From positions 1 through 31,128 of the forward strand of contig JBNJGP010000031.1 of NCBI GenBank assembly GCA_051747805.1: a stretch of 31,128 bases of DNA, given 5' to 3'. The stretch comes from Candidatus Muiribacteriota bacterium. Lineage in GTDB: Bacteria > Muiribacteriota > Muiribacteriia > Muiribacteriales > Muiribacteriaceae. Made by a program: the position numbers and the translations under genes. Below, piece by piece: positions 10,395-17,968 of this stretch (position 1 is its first letter; each line of letters begins with the position of its first letter). The notes under the pieces were generated by a model. That model had not been told where the DNA came from and ran no database searches. It was given only the letters and a program-made list of their open reading frames with translations.

Positions 10395-11774
10395 TCAAAT
10401 ATACTGTCTATAAAAAAAACGGCCTTCTTTTTCTGCTATTTTATTATTTTTTTTGTCAAAAATAACTTTACCACGCATTATTGTATAATCAACACTGCAG
10501 TTAAAAGTTTTATTCTCAAAAATCGAGAAGTTTGATTTTGATTTTATATTTTCTTTTTTTACATATGTTTTTTCATCTGGATTAATTAGAGCAAAATCTG
10601 CGAATGCTCCCTTTTTAAACCCACCTTTTTCTGGATAAAGTCCATATCTGACAGCTGGATTCTCACAAAGAACTTTAATTAAATTTTTAAGGCTTATTTT
10701 ATTTTTTAAATATCCTTCACTAAACATATAAGGAAGTAAAAATTGAGTTTCTGGAGTTCCTGCATAAATATTCCATATATTTGCCCCGTCAAAATCCTTT
10801 TCTGTACTATACTCAAAAGGAGTATGGCTACTTGTAACAATATCGACCCAACCATGCGAAATAGAGGACCATAGAGATATTCTATCCACAGGAGACCTGA
10901 AAGGAGGAGTAACCTTTGAAAGATTACCAAGTCTGTTTACATCTTCCTGGCAGAACTCAAGATAATAAGGATTTGTATCACAGGTTACATCAACACCTCT
11001 TTTTTTATAATTTTTAATAATTTCCACGGATTTAGCCAGCGAAATATTTGAAATATGTATTCGATTATTGGTTTCAAGTGCCAGCTTCAAAGCCGTTTCA
11101 AGAGCAATTTCTTCTGCAATAGCAGGTTTTGCCTCACACCATGCTCTGGGATAGTTTTTATTTTTTAGCTTAAAAATTTTTATATTATAATCACAAATAT
11201 TAAAATCCTCAGGTTTAATAATAAGCAAATAACCTGTATTAGAAAGGGATTTCATAACATCCATGAGATGGCCATTATCAAGATGACGGAAAGTTGAAAC
11301 ATTTGTGTTCATAGAAACTTCAAGTCCGCATACACCCTTTTCACCAAGCAAAACAGCGTCGCCAAGCTGTTTTTTTTCAACTTCATCGGCTGTTATGCCA
11401 CCAAAAAAAGCGTAGTCACAGTATGATTTATTTTCAATAATATCCTGTTTGGCTTTAAAAAGTTCTGGGTTTTTTACTATAGGAATATTAGAGGAGCTTG
11501 AATCAATAACAGTGGTAACCCCACCCGCTACAGCACTCAGACTTCCTGTTGAAAAATCTTCTCTGTGAGTATAACCCGGGTCAGAAAAGTTAACATATGA
11601 ATCTATTACACCGGGAATTAGAATTTTTTCTTTACAGTTAATTATTTCGGCACCTGCTTTTTCAATATTATCTGAAATATCTGAAATTAAACCGTTTAAA
11701 CAGAGAATATCTTTTTTTTTCAGATTATTTGCAAAGGGGACTAACGCATTTTTTAAGATTAAAGCCTGATCCAT
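10395..11774 (-). CDS. Allantoinase/dihydroorotase-like cyclic amidohydrolase homologue lacking catalytic metal ligands (probable pseudoenzyme)
   Basis: Fold motifs PGVID, PG.THREDF.TGS.SA.AGGVTT, PPFR, ENPA.RYGLYPEKG, G.FADF, TIMRG present; HxH is Y60/N62 and SDH is SSH; RBS GGGGG upstream. Confidence 0.85.
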   Translation of the reverse strand: MDQALILKNALVPFANNLKKKDILCLNGLISDISDNIEKAGAEIINCKEKILIPGVIDSYVNFSDPGYTHREDFSTGSLSAVAGGVTTVIDSSSSNIPIVKNPELFKAKQDIIENKSYCDYAFFGGITADEVEKKQLGDAVLLGEKGVCGLEVSMNTNVSTFRHLDNGHLMDVMKSLSNTGYLLIIKPEDFNICDYNIKIFKLKNKNYPRAWCEAKPAIAEEIALETALKLALETNNRIHISNISLAKSVEIIKNYKKRGVDVTCDTNPYYLEFCQEDVNRLGNLSKVTPPFRSPVDRISLWSSISHGWVDIVTSSHTPFEYSTEKDFDGANIWNIYAGTPETQFLLPYMFSEGYLKNKISLKNLIKVLCENPAVRYGLYPEKGGFKKGAFADFALINPDEKTYVKKENIKSKSNFSIFENKTFNCSVDYTIMRGKVIFDKKNNKIAEKEGRFFYRQYI

Positions 11775-11828
11775 ATATATCCCCCGTTATTTTGAGAAAT
11801 TCATGATTTAAATTAATTTTCAAGGGAT

Positions 11829-11858
11829 ATTATAATTTAAGTATATAAAATTTGTCAA
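11829..11858 (-). promoter_or_regulatory. sigma70-type promoter for the amidohydrolase-deaminase-signalling operon
   Basis: Minus strand TTGACA (11858-11853), 18-nt spacer, TATAAT (11834-11829): both hexamers perfect consensus, about 55 bp upstream of the 11774 start. Confidence 0.75.
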
Positions 11859-11860
11859 AT

Positions 11861-12190
11861 TTAAAAATCTTCAACAGCTTCATCAAGAGACGGTAGAACA
11901 TCTATTATTTTTCCAATACCTATTATTGATAGAAGTCTTTCAATATAAGGGTTGGAGTTCACAATTTTTATTTCGCCATTATTCTCACGAATTCTTTTTG
12001 TTTTAATAATGATAATACCTAGTATCTGACTTACAATGAAATTTACATTCTTAAAGTTAATAATAACTTTCTTGCTTTTTTTTGCCAACACTTCATCAAA
12101 TATTTCTTCAAACTCTTTTACATTCTCTTTTGACATATCTGTTTCAATATTAATTATATCAATGCCGTCTCTGTTTTCAACTTTTATCAT
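11861..12190 (-). CDS. STAS-domain anti-sigma factor antagonist (RsbV/SpoIIAA-like)
   Basis: ~109 aa; VIINFKNVNFIVSQILG, GEIKIVNSNPYIERLLSIIG, SLDEAV; start set at ATG 12190 after RBS GGAGGGG. Confidence 0.85.
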   Translation of the reverse strand: MIKVENRDGIDIINIETDMSKENVKEFEEIFDEVLAKKSKKVIINFKNVNFIVSQILGIIIIKTKRIRENNGEIKIVNSNPYIERLLSIIGIGKIIDVLPSLDEAVEDF

Positions 12191-12536
12191 TTTCCCCTCC
12201 ATAATAAAAAGATTCAATCCCAGATTGAAGATCTGGACAAATATCAAACACTTTATCAAGCTTTATATTTTTCATCATTTCCATTATATCAGAATTTAAT
12301 GTTGAAATTTTTAAATCCCCATCTTTTTCTTTAATTTTAATAAGATTATTTATTAAAACACTCAGACCATTACTTCCAATATATATTATATTTTCAAAAT
12401 CAACTATTATATTAAAATTACCCTGATTAATACGATTTTCTATAATCTTATTTAAAAACTGACTAGCGGTAAAATCAACTTTTCCCGAAAGCTCAATAAT
12501 ACATATATCATTATAGTATTTTATTGCATATTTCAA
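12177..12536 (-). CDS. STAS-domain anti-sigma factor antagonist (RsbV/SpoIIAA-like)
   Basis: IELSGKVD, IIVDFENIIYIGSNGLSVL, GDLKI, LDKVFDI; TTG start with GGGGA RBS at the end of the upstream gene. Confidence 0.85.
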   Translation of the reverse strand: MKYAIKYYNDICIIELSGKVDFTASQFLNKIIENRINQGNFNIIVDFENIIYIGSNGLSVLINNLIKIKEKDGDLKISTLNSDIMEMMKNIKLDKVFDICPDLQSGIESFYYGGENDKS

Positions 12537-12542
12537 TTAAAA

Positions 12543-14540
12543 TTATTCCCCAAATACAAGAAATCTTTCTTTTATAGAATTATCTGTCAATCTTCTGATA
12601 TCAGTGCCGTCAGAATTCATAACAAATATTTCCCCCAGGTTATCAGAACGGTCAGATACAAAAAATATTTTACTTCCGTCTGTTGAAAATACTGGATAGG
12701 TGTTATCATATAATTCAACTAATGATATCAAATTCATAGTATCAAATTCAAGTTTATATATATTTGACTGTCCCGATCGATTATCTCTAAAAAAAATAAT
12801 ATTATCATTGGCTTTTGAAAACCTCGCATAATAATCATTTTCACCGGAAGTCAGTTTTTCAACTGAATCAGAAACAACTCGGCCCGATTCATCAAGATCT
12901 GCAATAAATAACTCAAAATTTTGATTTGTATCCCTGTTTGAGGAAAAAACAATCTTTGTTGCATCTTCGTTTACAGCAGGAAATTTGACATTTTTTTCGT
13001 TAAAAGTAAGTTCGGTTCTAATATCCTGACCACTAAAGCTTACTGATTTCAAGGAGTTTGAATAAACAAAGTATATTCTGGAATTTGATGCAGCATACGG
13101 CATAAACTCATTTCTATCAATTTGCGGAGTATTTTCCGTTTGTACAATTCTTATAATATCATCACCATTTCTACTCATGGAATAAAGATCAAAATTTTCT
13201 ACATCATCCTTGTTTGAAGTAAAAAATATTGTCTGATAATCAGGTGAAATTGCAGGATAAGTTGAAATATAATTATTATCAGTTAATTTAGTTGTGTTTC
13301 CAGTTCTTGAGTTCAACCTGTAAATAATATTTTCAGCCTCATAAAACACAAATCCTTCGGCAACCCCAATTATTCCACCGCCATCGTCATCTGAACCCTC
13401 GCCGGCAACCACAGTAAGCTCTGCTGGAGAACTTTCCAGATTATTTTCTTTTACATAAAAATTAAAAGAGTAAGTATTACCAGATATTGGCATAAAAGTC
13501 ATTTCACTGGTATCTTCAGAAAAATTCATAGAAACTTCTGGACCACCTGTCTGCTCCCAGTTATAAGTAAAAGGAGATAAATATGTTTCTGTTTCTTCAT
13601 CCCAGTTACTTCTCTGAGAGTTATAGCTTTCACCATAACCAGTTACTGTTAAATTTTCACCACCGGGAACCTGAATAACACCTTCCTGAATAAAATCATC
13701 ACCCGCTATATACGCTAAAGGCCGGAAGTTTGTTGTCCTATACCTTGAGTCAACGTTAACTTTCATCCAGCCAAGACCAGTACCACCCATTGAATCAACC
13801 ATAATTACAGTTACTTTATAAACCCCGGGAATACTGAAATAATTTGTTCTGTCAGAAAAAATATATTTGCTTTTATAACTATCTTTAAAGTTAAAATTAT
13901 AGTCATTATCCAAATCAAAATATACTTTTTGTATTGAGCCCTTCATGGGGTTTGGTGCATCTGGATCATAACTATGCTCTGTAATTATTCTTATTGGATC
14001 ACTTGAAAAATTGTTTGTAAAAACATCCGGTCCTGCATCAACGATGGGATATCTGTTTATAATATTATTTCTGTTTTCAGAATCAATTTCAATAACTTCA
14101 GATTTTCTAGGAGATAAAAATTTTATTCTTAAAAGTTTTTCATCATTTCTTTCAATTTTTAAGCCAATTTGGCCATAAACTTCAGTACCTTTTGAATTTC
14201 TAAACTCCAGTACATTAAGGCCCGATGCCCTTTTATCAGAAATATTAAGCTCAAAATACCCATATTCATCCACAACTGCCGTAAAATCTCCATTTTTAGT
14301 AACGATATGTGCTCCAGCAAGAGGACTTTCGCCCGTTACCGGTGCAATAGTATTTGAAGAATAGGTGTCTGAAGGAATATCAGCAGGATCTGCAGATAAT
14401 TTATAAACATACCCCTCAATATAAGCATTAAATTCATCATCTGAAACAGTACCAAAAGTATCGCCACTACCTGAACAACCAAGCATTGCAAGAACTGAAA
14501 AAATAATTAAGAAAATAGAATATATAAGAAATTTTTTCAA
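12543..14540 (-). CDS. Lipoprotein with PKD/Ig-like domains and C-terminal TolB-like (PD40) beta-propeller
   Basis: Lipobox MLGC (Cys22); PIVDAGPD..SYDPD..PGVYKVTVIMVDSMG PKD-like segment; YNWEQTGGP; repeats PAISPD..IFFTSNKD, PAVNED..IVFSSNRD, PVFSTDGSKIFFVSDR, IFVMNSDGTDIRRLT; TTG start with GGAGGGA. Confidence 0.8.
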   Translation of the reverse strand: MKKFLIYSIFLIIFSVLAMLGCSGSGDTFGTVSDDEFNAYIEGYVYKLSADPADIPSDTYSSNTIAPVTGESPLAGAHIVTKNGDFTAVVDEYGYFELNISDKRASGLNVLEFRNSKGTEVYGQIGLKIERNDEKLLRIKFLSPRKSEVIEIDSENRNNIINRYPIVDAGPDVFTNNFSSDPIRIITEHSYDPDAPNPMKGSIQKVYFDLDNDYNFNFKDSYKSKYIFSDRTNYFSIPGVYKVTVIMVDSMGGTGLGWMKVNVDSRYRTTNFRPLAYIAGDDFIQEGVIQVPGGENLTVTGYGESYNSQRSNWDEETETYLSPFTYNWEQTGGPEVSMNFSEDTSEMTFMPISGNTYSFNFYVKENNLESSPAELTVVAGEGSDDDGGGIIGVAEGFVFYEAENIIYRLNSRTGNTTKLTDNNYISTYPAISPDYQTIFFTSNKDDVENFDLYSMSRNGDDIIRIVQTENTPQIDRNEFMPYAASNSRIYFVYSNSLKSVSFSGQDIRTELTFNEKNVKFPAVNEDATKIVFSSNRDTNQNFELFIADLDESGRVVSDSVEKLTSGENDYYARFSKANDNIIFFRDNRSGQSNIYKLEFDTMNLISLVELYDNTYPVFSTDGSKIFFVSDRSDNLGEIFVMNSDGTDIRRLTDNSIKERFLVFGE

Positions 14541-14623
14541 AATTCCCTCCGGGTTATTTTGCTGTGAAATTTATCGGCAAAAAAGAGCCCGAGGCTTAAT
14601 AATAAGAAGGAATATAAAGTCCC

Positions 14624-16288
14624 TTAATAAGAATTATCTTCACCTGATGTAATATTATCTGTAGCATCCCAGTCACTTGGGCTATTTGTATCAATATATT
14701 TGATGTCAGACATAGATTTTTCAAACCTTCTTGATAAACTCCAGTCAGGACCCGAAATCTGCCCTCCATCAACACAGGAGTCCTCGGTATAATTATTCCA
14801 TTGACCTGCTGCAAAAACCATCATCATATCGTCTCTTTCGCCATGTGACCATCTTCCATTCATATTTGCCCACGCTACAGCGTCAATCATTTCATCATCA
14901 GCATCAAAAAACATCACTTGCTCATCGGTTGTATGAAAACTGAGTTCAGGAACGTATGTATTTAATATACCGTTAAAACCTGAATTTTTATCATCTGACC
15001 ATACTCCCTGTGAAACAAGAATATAATCACCAGTCTTTATAATTGTTCCAGGCTCAAATACTTTAAATGCTTCATCATCATATAAATAATACCCGCCGAT
15101 ATCATAACCGTTGCCATTGTTGAAATCGTCCGCAACATAAAGCTCTACCCAGTCTCCATGGGAAGAATGATTTTTAAAAGATACTTCAGTTACAAGAATT
15201 GTTGGTCCTGTTGGTTCAGGTTCCTCAAATTCAAAATCGTTTATATCATAATCAAAACCCTCACCGTACTGTTTGGCTACTTCATAATAATACTGCATAG
15301 CAACTTCTTCAGAGTTAACAAAGAGGGTGTTTTCATCATTCACCCTATCTGCCGCAAGAGTCCAGTTTTTAGACCCCGTTATAACGGTTGCGTCCTTTGT
15401 TAAAGGGTCAATAACCATAAATTTATGATGAAGAAAACCACTATTATCATCTTTTTTAACATTAAGTGTTGGCAGCGACTGTTGTATCTGATTCATTTCA
15501 TCAAATGCACTATATTGGCCACCCGCCTGAAAAGAATCAAAAACACCGTATATTGGAACACCCTCACGTGCTTTTCGAATCATGGCCTGCATAATAGCCT
15601 CATCAGTATATGTAAATATATTAAAGTAAATGCCCTCTCTTGCCTTTCCTATTGCTTGAATCATCTGATTTTTAACTGATTCCTGCGGAGAAAACATAAC
15701 GTTAATATTAGCCTCGCCAACACGGACCGCGGGAGTTTTATACTCTTTTTTTCTAATGCTGAATAAACCATCTTCATACATCTGATTAAATTCATCTGTA
15801 AAATAATCTGCGAGCTCTCTGCTTTCAATCTTTAAGGCATTATTTGAGTTTCTTGATGTGCCATTATCTGTAATATTATATGAACCTGTCCAGACATATT
15901 TACCGTCAATTACAGCAAACTTATTATGACATTGTCCTCTAGTAATACCATCACCACTTCTATCAGTTTTAACATCAATACCAGCACGGAGTAAAACCCC
16001 GTATTTATCCTTATAATTATCCTGATTAAAATATTTATCCTCAGTAATAAATCGTACGTTATCAGAACCAAGTCTTTTTGCTGCCCGCTCAAAAGCCCTT
16101 ATAATATCCATATTATTAACCTGATAAAAATGGGCATCAATAGTTCTTTCAGCAGAATCAACAAGCTCAATTAAAGCCGTGTCAATTCCCGCTCCCACAG
16201 GCGGATTATTAAAATAAACAGAAACAGTTGAAAAAGAAGTTAATGCAAATAGAAAAAGAAACAATATTATACTTATAATTTTTTTCAT
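14624..16288 (-). CDS. Exported phospholipase D superfamily protein (two HKD motifs) with probable C-terminal lamin-tail-like domain
   Basis: Signal peptide; HNKFAVID..VWTGSYN and HHKFMVID..VITGSKNWT; C-terminal ILVTEV..DWVELY..IGGYYLYD..IKTGDYILV resembles lamin tail domain; RBS GAGGA. Confidence 0.85.
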   Translation of the reverse strand: MKKIISIILFLFLFALTSFSTVSVYFNNPPVGAGIDTALIELVDSAERTIDAHFYQVNNMDIIRAFERAAKRLGSDNVRFITEDKYFNQDNYKDKYGVLLRAGIDVKTDRSGDGITRGQCHNKFAVIDGKYVWTGSYNITDNGTSRNSNNALKIESRELADYFTDEFNQMYEDGLFSIRKKEYKTPAVRVGEANINVMFSPQESVKNQMIQAIGKAREGIYFNIFTYTDEAIMQAMIRKAREGVPIYGVFDSFQAGGQYSAFDEMNQIQQSLPTLNVKKDDNSGFLHHKFMVIDPLTKDATVITGSKNWTLAADRVNDENTLFVNSEEVAMQYYYEVAKQYGEGFDYDINDFEFEEPEPTGPTILVTEVSFKNHSSHGDWVELYVADDFNNGNGYDIGGYYLYDDEAFKVFEPGTIIKTGDYILVSQGVWSDDKNSGFNGILNTYVPELSFHTTDEQVMFFDADDEMIDAVAWANMNGRWSHGERDDMMMVFAAGQWNNYTEDSCVDGGQISGPDWSLSRRFEKSMSDIKYIDTNSPSDWDATDNITSGEDNSY

Positions 16289-16320
16289 ACTCTATCCTCA
16301 ATTTATTATTTATTTCTATC

Positions 16321-16594
16321 TTGAGTTTAGCAAATTTTTTAAAAAGGCTTTTGTGGTCAGGCCTACATAAAAGTAAAAAGCTTTCAGCTTAGTAAAATCA
16401 CCTAAAGGTGATAGTAAAGTTATCTAACGATAACAGTAAAGTAAATTAAAATTTACAGTGTTTTTGTTTTAATCTTTTAACTGTCAGCTTTAGCTGACTT
16501 TACTCGACCATTGGTCGTTTACTGTTGACTTTAGTCAACTTAACTGTTTTTTAAGTGTCTACAGGTTAAAATTTCTATTTTTTGCTAAACTCAA
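16321..16594. mobile_element. Non-coding element bounded by perfect 14-bp terminal inverted repeats (MITE-like, or a structured ncRNA/leader) containing a hairpin array
   Basis: TTGAGTTTAGCAAA (16321-16334) / TTTGCTAAACTCAA (16581-16594); TTTCTAT direct repeat 1 nt outside each end (16313-16319, 16596-16602); no ORF; mobility itself not shown. Confidence 0.55.
16372..16545. repeat. Two inverted arrays of AGTAAA/TTWACT linkers separating seven distinct perfect palindromic hairpins
   Basis: AGTAAA at 16372, 16391, 16413, 16435; TTAACT 16477, TTTACT 16499, TTTACT 16518, TTAACT 16540; each intervening 13- or 16-mer is a perfect stem-loop. Confidence 0.95.
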
Positions 16595-16605
16595 CTTTCT
16601 ATTTA

Positions 16606-16634
16606 ATTTTAAGCGATAATTAATAAAAAATCAA
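16606..16634 (-). promoter_or_regulatory. Putative sigma70 promoter firing into the hairpin element and the PLD gene
   Basis: Minus strand TTGATT (16634-16629), 17-nt spacer, TAAAAT (16611-16606); AT-rich context lowers specificity. Confidence 0.45.
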
Positions 16635-16671
16635 TCAAAAAAATAAGCAAGGCACCATGAATATAATATTT

Positions 16672-17967
16672 TTATTCAACTCCAAGCATTTGAATTAATT
16701 TTTTACCGATTTCAGTATTATCATGATAACCATTAAATAATTCTGAATTATGCCCATGAACCCATACCGGAGTAACTGTTGAAGTTTTCATATCGGCCCT
16801 TGAGGGATGAAGTGTTGAAATTCCAGCTCTTGAAGCAATAATATGACCAATTGTCTCCTTAACATATTCAGTTTGAAGATTGGATTCAATTGTGTTTTTT
16901 TCATCACTGTTTATATTTATTCCGGCCTGCACAGCCATAACCTGTTCAATATTCTCTCCAGTTGAGGTTATCTGAGAACTTAAACTCGAAACACTTGCTT
17001 TGAGCGGGTTGAAAATATGAGGATTAATACTGTTGGTAACAGTTATCCCCCCGGAATCAAAAGCTGAAAGAATAACCAAAAGCGTTTCAGGGTCTTCTTC
17101 AATATAGTTGATAAACATTCCTGCTAATTTATCAAGAGCTTCTATTTCTTCAACACCAGCTTTTATATCAAGAGTTGAAAACGCCCTTTGAATGTTATAA
17201 TTTTCCACAAGTAAAACAAAACCATCTTCACCCTCTTTTAAAATTTCAAGAGCTTTTTTTGACATTTCATAAAGCGAAACTTCGTCTTCGTCTCTATCAA
17301 TACTATATGGAAGGTAATCTCTTTCAAACAAACCAAGAATTTTTTCACTGTATCCAAAATCTCTTAATCCCCTAGCAGTGCTTATAAATCTATATTCCTG
17401 CTTCTGTGACTCTTCTATCATATTTTTCCCATCAGTTCTGATGCCACCATCTGCCTGTGGAAGAAAAGTTTTTTCCCCGCCACCCATAATCACATTAATA
17501 TTTTTCCTAAAAAGTTCTTCAGTAATCAAACTCTGATACTTAATTGAATCTGCATGGGCATAATATGGCGAAAGAGCTTCTGAAGTTACCGGTCCGTTAC
17601 TTACAATTCCAGTTTTTTTTGAGGCTAAGCTTATTTTTTCAAAAAAATTGGATTTAGAATCCCCGTTTGGCAGAACAGAAACTTTTGAATTGTTTGTTTT
17701 AAATCCTGTGGAAACAGCACTTGAATTTGCTGCTGAATCAGATATCCAGGAATCGGCCGAATGATTTGTCAAATATCCTGTAACATCCATATTATCAATG
17801 TTCAGCCTGCCATAAGGTCCTGTCTTAAAAATCCTGGTAAGCGTTTTATTAGACAAACTCATTCCATCTGCAATTAAAATAATTAAATTTTGAGCCGCAG
17901 AATATTCTTGACCATATGATGAAACTAAAATGCCTATTAATAAAATTAAAGTTAAAGTTTTTTTCAT
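16672..17967 (-). CDS. Exported alkaline phosphatase (PhoA-family) homologue with degenerate metal-binding site
   Basis: Signal peptide; NLIILIADGM, SDSAA..A.STG.KTNN, GIVS, VIMGGG, RTDGKN, LGLF, GFVLLVE, PVWVHG..F.G.HDNTEI; several Zn ligands substituted. Confidence 0.85.
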   Translation of the reverse strand: MKKTLTLILLIGILVSSYGQEYSAAQNLIILIADGMSLSNKTLTRIFKTGPYGRLNIDNMDVTGYLTNHSADSWISDSAANSSAVSTGFKTNNSKVSVLPNGDSKSNFFEKISLASKKTGIVSNGPVTSEALSPYYAHADSIKYQSLITEELFRKNINVIMGGGEKTFLPQADGGIRTDGKNMIEESQKQEYRFISTARGLRDFGYSEKILGLFERDYLPYSIDRDEDEVSLYEMSKKALEILKEGEDGFVLLVENYNIQRAFSTLDIKAGVEEIEALDKLAGMFINYIEEDPETLLVILSAFDSGGITVTNSINPHIFNPLKASVSSLSSQITSTGENIEQVMAVQAGININSDEKNTIESNLQTEYVKETIGHIIASRAGISTLHPSRADMKTSTVTPVWVHGHNSELFNGYHDNTEIGKKLIQMLGVE

Positions 17968-17968
17968 T

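Noticed and set aside
10395..11774. Calling the amidohydrolase (or the PhoA homologue) a pseudogene
   Set aside because: No frameshifts or internal stops, full length, RBS present and structural motifs preserved; the losses are concentrated at catalytic residues.
11775..11860. Purine riboswitch ahead of the deaminase operon
   Set aside because: The leader after the predicted promoter is only about 50 nt and shows no purine-aptamer core or expression-platform hairpin.
14579..14597. Intrinsic terminator between the PLD and lipoprotein genes (AGCC-TCG-GGCT then CTTTTTT on the minus strand)
   Set aside because: Only a 4-bp stem with a 3-nt loop; too weak to call.
16372..16545. CRISPR array interpretation of the repeat-spacer pattern
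   Set aside because: The constant unit is only 6 bp, the variable units are 13-16 bp and self-palindromic, orientation flips midway, and no cas genes are in the window.
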